Source of the DNA: Eledone cirrhosa
Taxonomy: Eukaryota
DNA length: 64,000 bases
Direction of reading: 5' to 3'
Assembly: GCA_964016885.1 (NCBI GenBank)
Contig: OZ024742.1
Location: forward strand, 190,774,001 to 190,838,000
How positions within the stretch are numbered: position 1 is the first letter of the stretch; every line of letters starts with the position of its first letter. Below, in pieces: positions 28,210 to 41,632 of this stretch. The notes below the pieces were generated by a model. It was not told where the DNA came from. It worked only from the letters and a program-made list of their open reading frames with translations, and did not search any database. Made by a program: the position numbers and the translations under genes.

Positions 28210-30819
28210 ATTGTTATACTTTGGGAGGGTCATGTTGCCAATAAAGAACACACGCACCAGTTGCTTTCACTCCAATTTATTATAAATTAAATTATAAATT
28301 TAAAAAATTTATAAATTTCCGGTTGGTTGGGGGTTCCACAACCGGACGGTTGTTCATATATTGTCAAATTTCTTTCGTCACACATTCTGTGACCTCTCCA
28401 GTGACTGGGGATTCTTTTCTTTGTTTTGTACCTCTCCTTTGTTCTGTCCTACGCCATCTTATTTTTGTGTGTGTTGTGTGCTTAGTTTGCGCATGTGTTA
28501 CATCCGGGTGTCTGTGTGTGTTTTTATTTGTTTATTTATTTGTTTATTTACATGTTACTGGTTGATTGTTTGTTCTATGTGTGTGTGTTTTCATTTTGTC
28601 CTTAATTGTAAGTTGTGGTGTTGCTATTCCATTCATGTTTTCTATTCAATTTTGGTTGGAGTTCATTTATGTTTATTGCCTTTGTGATTTGTCTAAACAT
28701 TGCGTCTTTTATTTGTGTAGATTTTATTTTTATTTCTATGTCCTCTAATTTGCTCTTATGTTCTATTTTAGCATGTTGGTGGAGTACTGATGATTCTTTT
28801 CTATCTTGAAGCTCTCGCCAGTGTTCATTTAATCGTTCTCCTATACTACGAGCTGTCTCACCTATGTGCACTATATTCTTATCTTTACATTGTCCTTCAG
28901 TACATCTTAGCAACCTCTGCCCCACAAGGCCAACAAGAGGCAGACCACCTACCATTAACCCAATGGCCAAGAAAACCCACACGGAAAGATGGAACAGTTG
29001 GACCAGAGCCATACGGATCCCCGAAAACCATGATGAACTAAAGAAAATGATTGCACATGCGGTGGGGGCCAGTATAAAACTAACCCTTAAAGAACATATG
29101 TTCAAATTTAATGGAAAAACATATGCACAAGGGGAGGGAGCTGCCATTTGTGTTAGCATTGCAGGTGACATAGCTAACCTACTCCTTCATGGTATGGTGG
29201 GACAATAAACTTAAAGAACAATAGAAGGCAGCAACCTCTTAACCCTGATAATGTGCTCTCGCTACGGTGATGATATAAACATCGTAGTAAAACACCCGCA
29301 CTAGAGAAAAGTTAGGAATTAGAGAAAAACACCATGGAAAGCATCCAGCAAATAGCTAACTCCATCCACCAGAGTATTAGAGTTACTATAGACTACCCAA
29401 GCAAATACCCCAAACATCGATTACCCGTACTAGACACAGAGCTCTGGTTAGAAACCATTAATAACAAAAAACAAATCCTCCATTCCCATTATGCCAAACC
29501 CATAACTTCCAAATATCTGATCCATCGAAACTCAGCTGTTTCGGATCACACCAAAATCAACATACTGATTGTGGATTTAGTACGGGTGATGAGAAACGTG
29601 TCCCGCATGTGCAACCCCAAAGAACGAGAGACACATACAACACTTCATCCACCGTATGCAGTTCTCTGGTTACAATCAGAGAGATAAAATGAGAGTATAT
29701 AGAGGAGCCAGAACCAAATGTGAAAAAATGGTAAATAATGATACAAATGGGACCTGCCCCTTGTATAGTAGCAAATTTTGGAATAAAATAGAAAGAACTA
29801 GGAATAAAGTTAATAGAATAAACTCATGGTATGATAGCAATATATATCAGAGTGTAATGTTCATCAATACAACCCCTAGGGGTGAACTAGCTTACACATT
29901 TAGAAGGGCCCTAGATAAACTTAAACTAAATATCAATATAGTAAAAAGACCAGGTACTTCCATAAAAACACTTATTAGTAATACATACGCATTTCAAAGA
30001 CCTCCCTGTATAGATAAGAAATGCATAATCTGTAAACTAAGCCCCATATTAACTGTAAAACTAGAGACATAGTATATAGCATAAGATGTACTGAAGTACA
30101 ATGTAAAGATAAGAATATAGTGTACATAGGTGAGACAGCTCGTAGTATAGGAGAACGATTAAATGAACACTGGCGAGAGCTTCAAGATAGAGAAGGATCA
30201 TCTGTACTCCACCAACATGCTAAAACAGAACATAAGGGCAAATTAGAGAACATAGAAATAAAAATAAAATCTACACACAGAAATGACGCAATGTTTAGAC
30301 AAATCACAGAGGCAATAAACATAAATGAACTCCAACCAAAATTAAATAGAAAACATGAATGGAATCACAACTTACTATTAAGGACAAAATGAAAACACAC
30401 ACACATAGAACAAACAACCAACCAGTAACATGTAAATAAACAAATAAAAAACACACAGACACCCGGATGTAACACATGCGCAAACTAAGCACACAACACA
30501 CAAAAATAAGATGGCGTATGACAGAACAAAGGAGAGGCACAAAAACAAAGAAAAGAATCCCCAGTGACTGCGGAGGTAACATAATGTGTGCCGAAAGGAC
30601 TTTGACAATATATGAACAACCGTCAGGTTGTGGAACCAACCACACAACCGGAAATTTATACATTTTTTAAATTTATAATTTAATTCATAATAAATTGGAG
30701 TGAAAGCAACTGATGCATGTGTTTCTTATTGGCAACATCACCCTCTCAAAGTATAACAATATCGGTTTCAACACACGTTTTCAGATAAAGAATCTTGCTT
30801 AACAAATTAAGAAACGAAA

Positions 30820-30822
<3 letters not shown>
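28210..30822 (+). mobile_element. Penelope-like element (frameshifted RT + C-terminal GIY-YIG) with inverted 3' duplication
   Basis: RYGDDINI, IDYPSK...LPVLDTELW, YIGETARSIGERLNEH, RQITEAI...LNRKHEW. 28210-28907 is the reverse complement of ~30083-30760. Confidence 0.9.
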
Positions 30823-30866
<44 letters not shown>

Positions 30867-31289
30867 TTACAATTATGTAGAGATATTTTATGTACAACCA
30901 CAGACAGACATTAACTGAATGAGCACTCTATCTAAACTATAATAAAGTAAGGAGCGAGGGCCTGCGTCGAGAATATAAATTTCTTTATCCCGTTTGTAAA
31001 ATAAGTTGGATTACTTAAATAAATAATGAATGAATATTACATAATTTATCTACTAAATTTAGTAACACATGATTAAAAATATAGTAGAAATGTTATTCAA
31101 GATTCACTTCTTTTAAAAGATTTGAATTTCAATACTTCCGGTATATCTATACTATATATATAGAGAGAGAGTGAAAGAGAAAGATGAAGCGATTTGGATT
31201 CTTTTCCACACGCTGACTGTGTATGCATGTATGATGTTTTTCTTTGATTTTATAAAAGTGCTAGAGAGAGAAAGAGAGATTGTAATGGC

Positions 31290-34200
31290 AAGGCAGACGG
31301 ATATGAAAAGGGGCTAAACTCTACTCCAATCATGCTGCGGTTAAAAGCCAACTCCAACGAAGAAAAATTCAAGTCACTCGACCAACAGATGGAAACAGAA
31401 ATCTCAAGGCACTCTTAATGCCTTCTCTATGAAAAATCTTAAAACTCTGGAAGGAAAATTGTGAGGATGGGGGTAAAAAAACGCCACCTGGTTCAACAAC
31501 TATGAAATGGATTTAAAAAATTAACAACATACAGGTAACCCATTTTTAAAACAAAATAAACTCACACATCACACTCACAACAAATAACAAAAAAAGTAAC
31601 AAAACGTCCAACATACCCCCAGCAAAACTATGACGATAATCACAAACCCATAAAATAATTAACGATGCCTGTAAAGAATCCACCTCAACCTGCGTTATCA
31701 CGCAATACCCCACTGACCTTAAATTAAAGCCAATTGTAGCGGGCCCACAATGTGAAACACGCAGATTAAGCAACTTTAGAGACATACTACTAAAACCAAT
31801 TCTCAAACACATACCAAGCCTTGCAAGAGACGATCTGGACCTCTTAAACCACCTCTCCAAACATGTCAACAACGACACTATTATTGTGTCTTTCGATGTA
31901 GTGAATCTCTACACAACGATCACACACAAATACGGACTAGAAGCAATGGGATTCTGGCTAGAGATATATCCCAATGAGATATCTGACAGAATAGAAAAAA
32001 GCTTCATCACCGAGGGATTAAAATTTATTTGACAGAACAACTTTTTTTTTATTTCGATAGCAGTACTTAGAAGCAAATATCGGGGACTGCGATGGGTACA
32101 AAAGTCGGTCCAACTTATGCCAACTTAGTCATGGCATACTTAGAAGTCCAGATATATGAACACTCCAAATCAAAATACGGATTGAACTTCCACAAATATT
32201 TATCAGAGAATTGGAAACGCTACTTGGATGATTGCCTTATTCTTTGGTCTCACACACTCGACCAACTAAGTGATTTCAAAAATTTTGTTGTAAAAAATCA
32301 CTTCATTTGCTCATCATAAAATTTACTTTATGCCAACCATTAAATGTAAAGGATGCAATGAAGATTATATAGGATAAACTAAACTCACATTCAGAAACAG
32401 AATGACAATTCATCGCCAACAATTACGAGGCCCTACCACAAGGCAGTAACCACGCAGTGCACATCTAGACACATGCGCAAGTAATAAGACACCCAAATTC
32501 CAAGTTTTCCCATTTTATCTTTGCGCTGACAATAAGGAAAATATGCTTATTCAAAAATATAGACCAGCATTAAATATAGTTTAATATACATTATTTCGTG
32601 GATTGGCAGTATCGGTAGAGGGTCGGACGCGATGCTTTCCAGCATAGTTACGTCCCTTTACGATCTGAGTTCAAATCCCGCCGAGGTTGACTTTGCCTTT
32701 CATCCTTACGGGGTCGATAAAATAAAGTACCAGTAATGCACTGGGTAATTGCTGGCCTTGTGCCAAAAGTAGAAACAATTATTTCAACACCATGCAGTGG
32801 ATTGGCAGTATCGGTAGAGGTCGGACGCCATGCTTTCCAGCATAGTTATGTCCCTCTAAGATCTGAGTTCAAATCCCGCCGAGGTTGACTTTGCCTTTCA
32901 TCCTTACGGGGTCAATAAAATAAAGTACCACTAATGCACTGAGTAATTGCTGGTCTTGTGCCTAAAGTAGAAACAATTATTTCAACACCATAACATGCTA
33001 ACCATCCAAACAGAAACATACATACACACACAATACCTTCTATATTCGAAAATAAAAACCGGAGCTAAATAAACCTTAACATACGTTAACACTCTAACAC
33101 CTTAACATGCTAACCATACCCCCCCCCCACACACACATAACTCCCTCCTCCATTTCTACTAACGGAATCATTTTCCTACACACACACACACACACATACA
33201 TACACAAATATATATTCTTACCATTTTAACATGCTGACCATACTCCCACACATACACACACACATATAACACCCATACGCACACACGCACAACTCCCTCC
33301 CCCATGTCTACTAATAGAATCATCTTCCTACCCACACACCAGCACACAAATAAACATACATATTTCTACTTTCTTTATTTCAATAGAAAGTCTGAATTTT
33401 AACACCGAAGCACATCAGCCATACTCACTGAACCAAAACAATTCTCCTCATCCCGTTTTTCACGACCATTATCTTGTGTCTGGCACAAAATTCTCTAAAT
33501 GGCTACAAAAGAAATTCCCAAATACGGGCACGAATTTTAATGTACTTGTTCACGTGACAGTATAATTTCATTTATAACCAATCAAATTACATTTCAGCAC
33601 ATCAGCCATACTCTCTGAACCAGAACAATTCTCTCATTCCCTATTTTCTAGATCATTATCTTTTGTTTGGCATAACATTCTCTAAAAGGCTACAAAATAA
33701 ATTCCTAAATACGGGCGCGAAATTTAATGTACTTGTTCACGTGACAGTAGAATTTCATTTATAACCAATCAAATTACATTTATGAAAAAAGCCTTCGTGA
33801 GCCACTTTTTTTAAGTAAACTAACCAAATTTCACTCATATATGAAAAAACAATTTGAAGGCAAAGATAATAAGAACATTGTAACGCGAACTGGCCCGAAA
33901 TTTATTGTACTTATTCACATGAAAGTCATCAACCAAACAAATTACTTCTCTAAAAACCGAGCATTTCGAGCCACTTTTTTCCATATAAAACAGAAGTAAC
34001 ATTCGAAGACCAACCAGATGCGAGAAAAACCACAAACCCTTCATCTCAATTCTACTTTTGAAAAGCCCAAGAACTGCGAAATCGGTAAAGGAACCAAATA
34101 AATATATTTAAAAAAAATAAAGACTCCAGTTGCATTTTCGATTTGATCATTTTTCCTTATACTTTCACTCGTGTAGGACACCTCGTTTTTTTTTCACTTT
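31290..34200 (+). mobile_element. Neptune-like PLE, decayed and internally deleted
   Basis: KPIVAGP, SFDVVNLYT, GTAMGTKVGPTYANL, WKRYLDD, then CKGCNEDYIG. The 3' extent is uncertain; ~190-bp tandem duplication at 33408-33780. Confidence 0.8.
32598..32980 (+). mobile_element. Two tandem tRNA-derived SINEs (Meta-domain-like)
   Basis: Near-identical ~185-bp copies at 32598 and 32797, each followed by attatttcaacac. Confidence 0.9.
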
Positions 34201-34288
34201 CTAATATATATATATATATATATATGTGAAGTAATTCCGTCGGAAAAGTCCAGGAAAAAAAAGTGCTCTATGTAGGTAGCAGAGTTTA

Positions 34289-34566
34289 ATAGTTATGTAA
34301 TAAACAACATAAGGCAATTATTCCATTTACCAGTGGTTTCTTAAAAGCAAAAAAATTTGCTTTCAATCATCAGAATGAAGAAATCCTGGTCTATTTATTG
34401 ATATTGGATTCTAAAAACAAAAATCTAAAAACAAAAGATTTTTGTTTTTAGAATCCAATATCAATAAATAGACCAGGATTTTTTCATTCTGATGATTGAA
34501 AGCAACATTTTTTGCTTTTAAGAAACCACTGGTAAATGGAATAATTGCCTTATGTTGTTTATTACA

Positions 34567-34573
<7 letters not shown>
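34289..34573. repeat. Near-perfect 285-bp palindrome, each arm carrying a hammerhead
   Basis: Arms 34289-34425 and 34436-34573 are reverse complements. Confidence 0.95.
34482..34541 (+). ncRNA. Type I hammerhead ribozyme (mirror copy 34321-34379 on minus)
   Basis: tttcatt-CTGATGA-ttgaaagcaa catttt ttgcttttaa-GAAAC c act gGTA-aatggaa; all three stems pair. Confidence 0.9.
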
Positions 34574-34612
<39 letters not shown>

Positions 34613-35224
34613 GTATTGTTTTGATACGCGTTTTGCTGCTACCACTGTTGTTAGGACTACCTCATACTACTCTCTCTCATACAGATAGAGTGACTGTGAC
34701 AGAGGGAGAGATTGTGTGTGTGAGTATATGAAGAGAGAGAGAGATATACAGATAAATAGAATGACTGTGAATCTGGTGTTTGGAATAGCAGACGATCATA
34801 AAGTTTATAATATTCCGTCTCTCATTTATTTAAAACATGCATTTATTTCTAAGATTTATTTTTTCCGTGTCAGCTATATATATATATGGAATCGAATAAG
34901 GAAAAGCGAAGTAGTTTCAGATGTTCAAGTCTTTTAATAGTAATGTTGTGATATATATTTCAAATTTCAATGCCGACAGTGGCCACAGTGTTCCGTGCGC
35001 CAGTGCCGCGACATCGTCAGACAGCTTGTTACATAATAAGGTTTTATTTCCAAAGCAATCCAAATTGAATCGACATGGGAACGGACGAAGTGTGTGCTCT
35101 TGGGTACTTCATCCGTTCCCTTGTGAGTACCAATTCAACCACACCGGTCTGCGCAGACAGGGGGGAACTCACTAAGTGAATTTCGTTGAAATCTGCGGTA
35201 GCTAATGGTCAACTTTCTTCGGAC

Positions 35225-36159
35225 CTGCACGCACTCGTCCAGTGTCCGAGCATTTGCTGACTTGTGGGTTTATATCGAACACCTGCTGTCGCATGTAGGA
35301 CGGATCCAGCTATCAGCTGAGTCCATCGTGAGGATTGTCCCGCCCTCTTCCTTTAGTCGGGAAGGGCAGGCAGTTTGTATCTGTCTGGTGGCCATGGCGA
35401 AAGAGGTAGTATGGTGGACACGTTTGAAAGGGCTGAAGACGAGCATTTACCTCTTCGGTGATGCCCTGATTAACTTTTTCAAATTTCATTTGAAAACGAA
35501 AATCAGGGTAGAGGGGGAAGTGCTCTCTTCCCAGCATTTTGTTGAAACATGGGTGAGAGAGGCAAGAATAGCCCGAGTGAATGGGCCTACTCTGAGTATG
35601 TGTCTGTAAATTAAAGGTGGAAAACTGGGAGAGGGCACTGGCACTGGTGGTAAGGGTCACTGTGGCTTTTTAATGGGCTTTCTCCACGAATGTCCCTCGG
35701 AGGTCTCCCCCCTATTGTGGAATTATTTCATTGTTCTATTATTACATCCTCTGTTTCTTGTTTTTTTACACGCAGAAATGCCCTTTTGTACCGTCCTGTA
35801 TTGTCATGTACTTTCCTTAATGTCTACTTTGTGTAAACCCTTGTGGTTAATAAAGAAAGCATTATTATTATTATTATTGGCCCAAGTGAATGGGCCTACT
35901 CTGAGTATGTATCTGTAAATTAAAGGAGAGGGCACTTGCCTTGGTGGTCAGGGTCATTGTGGCCTTTTAATGGGCTTTCTCCACAAATGTCCCTCCGAAG
36001 TCTCCCCCCCCCCTATTGGGGAATTTTTCATTGTTATTTTTTTGTTACATTCTCTGTTTTTGTTTTTTACACGCAGAAATGCCCATTTGTACCGTCCTGT
36101 ATTGTCCTGCACTGTCCTTAATGTCTAATTTATGTAAACCCTTGTGGTTAATAAAGAAA

Positions 36160-36221
<62 letters not shown>
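35225..36221 (+). mobile_element. Two tandem 3' fragments of a Tx1/L1-clade LINE with (TTA)n tails
   Basis: KEVVWWTRLK...LINFFKFHLK.KIRVE matches 50128-50340. The 3' UTR is repeated at 35880-36160. Confidence 0.8.
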
Positions 36222-36223
<2 letters not shown>

Positions 36224-36464
36224 CACTATTTGTACAAATATGCAACTTAACAATATTCTGCATCTCCGCAATTGACAATACATATGATGCTGAAACCGGT
36301 ATTGTAAATAAATTTATATTTTGCTATTTCACTGAAAGATTCTCCTCAATATTTTCTACTGAAAGAATCTTTTTCCTTTCTACTATTTGTTTTTATATAT
36401 ATCAACTCGTGTCTTATTTTTCTACATTCGATATATATATATATATATATACACATAGTTACAT

Positions 36465-36715
36465 CTAAAGTCTAAAGTCTGTCTTAAGCCAGAAGGCTCA
36501 TCTGGCCAGTGCTTAGCTATGTTTCATGGCGCGAAGCGTCTGAGAGTACAAGACTACTCCCTGGACAGGACGCCGTTTTATCGCAGGGTTAATCCCCCAG
36601 CTATTGCTGGTACTCATTTTTAGCCGCATATACTGGAGCAGCGTGAAATGATGTGCAGCCCAGGAATCGAAACTACGACAATATGATCGTAAGTCCAACA
36701 TCCTTACCACTACTT
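36465..36715 (-). mobile_element. tRNA-derived SINE with V-domain-like core
   Basis: Minus strand gtttcgattcc B box, aaatgagtaccagc, aaccctgcgata...cctgtccagggagtag, short tandem tail. Confidence 0.7.
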
Positions 36716-36767
36716 ACTACTTACCACCCTCAACCACATACTTACACACACACACACACACACCCCC

Positions 36768-36891
<124 letters not shown>

Positions 36892-37294
36892 AGATATATA
36901 GAGAGACAGGCGTATGTGCATGTGTGTGGAGCTATGTGTGTGTGTGTCACTTATATTGTAAAACCGTTATGTCCATCAACCAAAAAACAGACTGTAATAA
37001 AATTAGTCCAGTCCCCAATAAAGTAGAGAGTTACACATTGATTTCAACTGGAAATGGAAATACGCAGAGAGAATAATTGCAAAAATCCGTTTTCGTGATG
37101 AAACACAAAAACAAACAAATCAAAGTCGTGGCTACCATACGACATTTGCAGAGAATTTAAATCCCTCATTCAGCACAGTGAACTCTTCCAAACAGGAGGT
37201 ATAAAAGATACACACGCACACACTTACATATGTATATACTACAAATAATATATATGTATATATATATACAATGTATGTATATATATATACAATG

Positions 37295-37339
<45 letters not shown>

Positions 37340-37342
<3 letters not shown>

Positions 37343-38380
37343 TTTTGAGTTTATGTTGGTTGTATACCAACACCTCAGTATGCAGGCTGGAGCACTCGAC
37401 GAAGTGCGCAGGTTGATTTGGTTACTCCGGAGTAGTGTAAAATAAAGTTAAATAAAAAGTCAAATGATTAAAATTTAGCTTCGTTTATTACTGCTATATA
37501 TATTTCAGTGACTTTGGCTGTGACCTCTTCAGGCAGTTTGAATTAGTATGGTATAGACAAGTACATATGTTGTTGAGGTGTATAATATTGTCAATACTCT
37601 GATATGCCCAGTTCCTGGTCTTCCATGTATGTGAAGAAATATAAGGCAATAAATGAAGAAAACAGAAAATAAATAAATAATATAATAAAATAATTAATAT
37701 AATTTGTATAATTTGAAAATAAATAAATAAACAGAGAATAAAGAATAAAGAATAAATGAACAATTGGTGAAAAAGTAATGAAAATGAATATGGAGAAGTG
37801 AAAAATAATGTAGGATAAAGTGTGTGTGGGCTATAACCAATCTCAAGGTCAGAAATATGTTGGATAGATTGGTATGAGGACAAGATGTTAAGATAAGATA
37901 ATCAACCTAAATGTGTTTGTGTTATAATCAATCTCAACTTAAAAATAAATATAAGGTGATACAGTGAAGAGGGCAGAAAACAAAAACAAATTAATAAAGA
38001 GAAATCAAGATTTAAAATTGGAACTTGAAAATCAGAAATCTAGTAAATTAAAAAAGTGTTTGTGTTATATAGATGTTGGCCAAATTATAGGTGCCTAGAT
38101 TAGGGTTCCCGTTATGTGTTACATGTGGTCTTCCCCCAGGCTAGGTGGGGGGGGGGGCCTCGGGTCTGTTTGGGTTTCTTGGGTGGGCTCTGGGTCCCCC
38201 CTTCCCTCCTTTCACATGGTTCTGCTGAGTGTTTGTATTGCCATCTTCTGGTTGTGTGTGATTTTTAAGCCTACTTCTGTTGATGCTAGCTATGTGTCGG
38301 GCCAAATTTCTCGTGGTGGAATACGAGAATAAACGAAGCTAAATTTTAATCATTTGACTTTTTATTTAACTTTATTTTAT
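37340..38380 (-). mobile_element. Non-coding PLE 3' region with 52-bp inverted end
   Basis: 37438-37489 is the reverse complement of 38328-38379; flanked by (TA)n; contains an HHR. Confidence 0.65.
37490..37537 (-). ncRNA. Type I hammerhead ribozyme
   Basis: actgc-CTGAAGA-ggtcac agccaaa gtcact-GAAA tatataTA-gcagt. Confidence 0.75.
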
Positions 38381-38404
38381 ATATATTTTATATGTATTTA
38401 TTTA

Positions 38405-38477
<73 letters not shown>

Positions 38478-38510
38478 AGATTTGAATGGATACAGTTTAG
38501 TTGAAAGGAA

Positions 38511-38630
38511 TTTATTGACACGTGTTTCCATAACAGTTACATAACCTAAAACAGCTATCTACAAACTTTTAGTTATGCAGACATTCAATATTTCAATGTT
38601 ATTATTTACTGTCATTTCATCAGAATAATA
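38511..38630 (-). ncRNA. Type I hammerhead with 88-nt branched stem II
   Basis: ttatt-CTGATGA-a atgacagt...actgttat g-GAAAC acgt GTC-aataa. Confidence 0.75.
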
Positions 38631-39200
38631 TTACTGAGGACCTATTTAGTTTTTATAGAGAATATTAGGAGGAAGGGGTGAAGTTGTTAGAAGAATAGTT
38701 GAAGGAGTGGTTTTTCGATAGCAGTGAGAATTCTTGGTGGCAGTGAGTAATTAGATTCCCATCTGTTGTTTTGACATTTTTTATAGAATATATTATTGGT
38801 TATTTTTCTAAATCTATAGAAGGATTAGAGATAGTAAAGATATGCGTGGTTGGTTTTGTGTTTGCACTTAACATTCAGACTTAAATTTTTCTTTCAAGTG
38901 TACGTATTCTTTCGCCCACGCATTCACACACAAATATATTTGCACACCTCTACAAAATACATATACTCACAATTCACATATTCATACTTACATATATATA
39001 CACATGCATACACATATATATACACACATGTATTCATGTACATACATACGCGCTCATGTGTATACATTTTCATACTCAACTTATCTTTATATATACACAC
39101 GTATAGACACACACATATATACATACATACTCTAGTCCATGTGTACACACATACACATACATACACATCCATATACACATACATACATACACATATATAT

Positions 39201-39263
<63 letters not shown>

Positions 39264-39572
39264 CACATATATACATATACACACATATATATATATATAT
39301 ATAAGCACTTTAATACATGAATACACTTACATCTAACTATACACATCAAACATATATATATATTTACTTATTTATATACATTTTCACATATATATACATA
39401 CTTATGGACGTTTTTAGACACATTCATTATCGCATATTTGTACCTATTCTCATCAGCATATCTTTTCATTATTAGTATGGTAATTTAAGGTTATTAATAT
39501 ATGTTGAGAAGAGATTGTTTTTATATTTTTCTAACTAGATTAAGGTTTATATAGTTGGGGGATGTCCCTCTT

Positions 39573-41474
39573 TTATGTAATATTCGGATTGTAGTGGGAA
39601 AAAAGGGTTTTAGTTCTGTGACGGCAGAATAATGTTCGTTCAATTCTGTTATTCAGCAGTTTCTTCTTGTGTGTGATTATGTAATAAATCTCAAGATTAC
39701 ACAATTTGCAGAAATTTTGGCTCCTGGAAAAGCTTTGGGTTTTAGCTAATTTTTCCCATTTTAGGGTAAACTTTTGATTGCTATCCCTGAGCGTCCAAGC
39801 TTTCTCTGCTAAAGTTGTTACATTTCTTTGGCTCTGGTGTTTTATTGAGTAAGAATGCCTATACAATCGAGATTTAAACGATGTTGCCGTTGATCCCACG
39901 TAATACCACTCGTTGCCTCCGGATTTAATGGTACACTTATAAATAATATTTTTTTCCAGGCAGTTATTGCCGAGGGGGCAGTTGTCAGGATAGGTGCAGT
40001 TACAGTTGTGTACGTTGGGTTTTCTCTGGAGTAGTATTGCGGACGAACTTAGGAGTGGTTTATTTATGTTCTGTAGTGTATTGTCTACTGTTTTTTTTGG
40101 GTTCTTTGTACTTAAGTTCTTAGTGTTTTCGTTTAACCTTCTAGTATTGATCTTTTTTATGTGTTGTTCAAGGTTTAACGCTGTAGAGTATGACAGTCTT
40201 ATAGTGGTAGGGTTTAGGATTTTGTGGTATTTGTGTGATGTGGGAAAATGTCTTTTAATTATTTTAAAGAAGAGTACTGGTAAATTTGTACTAATGGAGC
40301 TATTGTATTCGGGGTTATACCATAAGTACCCTTTGCATCGCTTTCTATTAGTTTTGTTTGTTGGTTTACTGGTGTGCATACTATGGTAGTAAGTGTGGTT
40401 TGGTGTTGTGTTATTATATCTACCTATGTGGGATTTATTTTGGGTGTTTTGATTGTTCCCATCTATGTACTCTATTTTGTTGAGGTAGCCTGCTTTACTA
40501 AGGGCGTTATCGTAGTACTCGGCGTGTTCCTTAAATACTTGTATGTTAGAAGATAGACCCGAGATTCTAAGGGAAATATTTTTAGGGATAGATTTAATTA
40601 TAGAGATGGGGTGGTTAGACCCAACATTTACGTATTTGAGATTTTCATTCAATTTATGAAACGGTTTAATCAAACCAGAGTTTAAATTGAGTGTGACATC
40701 CAGGAAGTTAACTACTTTAAGGTTGTATTCATATGTTATAGTTAGTCCTATTTCGAGTAGTAGTTTTCTTATATCTTTGCGTAGTTTTTCTAGTTTTTGG
40801 TTATTAAGGTTTTTAGCTAGGAGGAGAACATCGTCGCGGTATTTTCCGCCGTGGAGATTGCTGAATTTTTCCTGGAGTCTAAAGGCGATAAATAACCCCA
40901 CAATATCAGTTATTTCCGCCGAATCGTTAGAGCCCATTGTTATGTCAAAGTTAGAGGGTCTATCTTTACGTACCCAATAACTGTTCTCAAATTTGACTAT
41001 AGTTTTCCTAGCTTCTAATATAATCTTAATTTCATCGTTTGTAAGGTCAGAGTTATCCTTAGCAAACTTAATGGCTCTATTCAAAGTTTCAGGTGATATC
41101 GATGAGTAATATTCATCGATATCAAACTGGATAAACTTAGATTTATTCTTATTGCTAATGCTATTAAACCATCTTATTGCTTCTTGGGTCTTCCCCCAGA
41201 GTTTAATGTTAACCTTAGCCTTAATTTGGGGGATGATTCTATCTAAGATATATTTGCTTATTTTACCTATATCTGATTTAGAGGGGCAGATTAATCTAAT
41301 TTTAGGGTCATTATCAAAGTTTACCTTGTGGCCCTTAAGATTGAAGGTGGGTACCGCCGGTAAGAGTGGTCCTGTCCTATCTTCGATTCCGAGATTTTTC
41401 ACTGGATTACTTTTGGAACTACTAAGATTTTTCTCCGGATTACTTTTGGAACTACAACTGGAACCGTCGAGCAA
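39573..41474 (-). CDS. PLE polyprotein: RT + C-terminal GIY-YIG, uninterrupted but probably 5'-truncated (Hydra-clade-like)
   Basis: FIQFDI.EYY, FDITMGS.DSAE, YRDD, VNFLDVTL, CNC...CPL..CL, IIYKC...YYVGST, CKLC, CRH; 633 aa open. Confidence 0.9.
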   Translation of the reverse strand: MLDGSSCSSKSNPEKNLSSSKSNPVKNLGIEDRTGPLLPAVPTFNLKGHKVNFDNDPKIRLICPSKSDIGKISKYILDRIIPQIKAKVNIKLWGKTQEAIRWFNSISNKNKSKFIQFDIDEYYSSISPETLNRAIKFAKDNSDLTNDEIKIILEARKTIVKFENSYWVRKDRPSNFDITMGSNDSAEITDIVGLFIAFRLQEKFSNLHGGKYRDDVLLLAKNLNNQKLEKLRKDIRKLLLEIGLTITYEYNLKVVNFLDVTLNLNSGLIKPFHKLNENLKYVNVGSNHPISIIKSIPKNISLRISGLSSNIQVFKEHAEYYDNALSKAGYLNKIEYIDGNNQNTQNKSHIGRYNNTTPNHTYYHSMHTSKPTNKTNRKRCKGYLWYNPEYNSSISTNLPVLFFKIIKRHFPTSHKYHKILNPTTIRLSYSTALNLEQHIKKINTRRLNENTKNLSTKNPKKTVDNTLQNINKPLLSSSAILLQRKPNVHNCNCTYPDNCPLGNNCLEKNIIYKCTIKSGGNEWYYVGSTATSFKSRLYRHSYSIKHQSQRNVTTLAEKAWTLRDSNQKFTLKWEKLAKTQSFSRSQNFCKLCNLEIYYIITHKKKLLNNRIERTLFCRHRTKTLFSHYNPNIT

Positions 41475-41538
41475 ACTCTACGTGAGCTGATAATCTACTG
41501 TGTGTAATATTTATATTACAACACAACGGAAAATACTG

Positions 41539-41629
<91 letters not shown>

Positions 41630-41632
<3 letters not shown>

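Noticed and set aside
30755-30795. Antisense ctga(a/g)aa...gaaaccgata motif
   Set aside because: No stem I or II pairing and no 3-8 pair.
36225-36310. gaaaccggta-ttgta, possible 3' half of an HHR
   Set aside because: The CUGANGA half was not found; possibly removed by the adjacent LINE.
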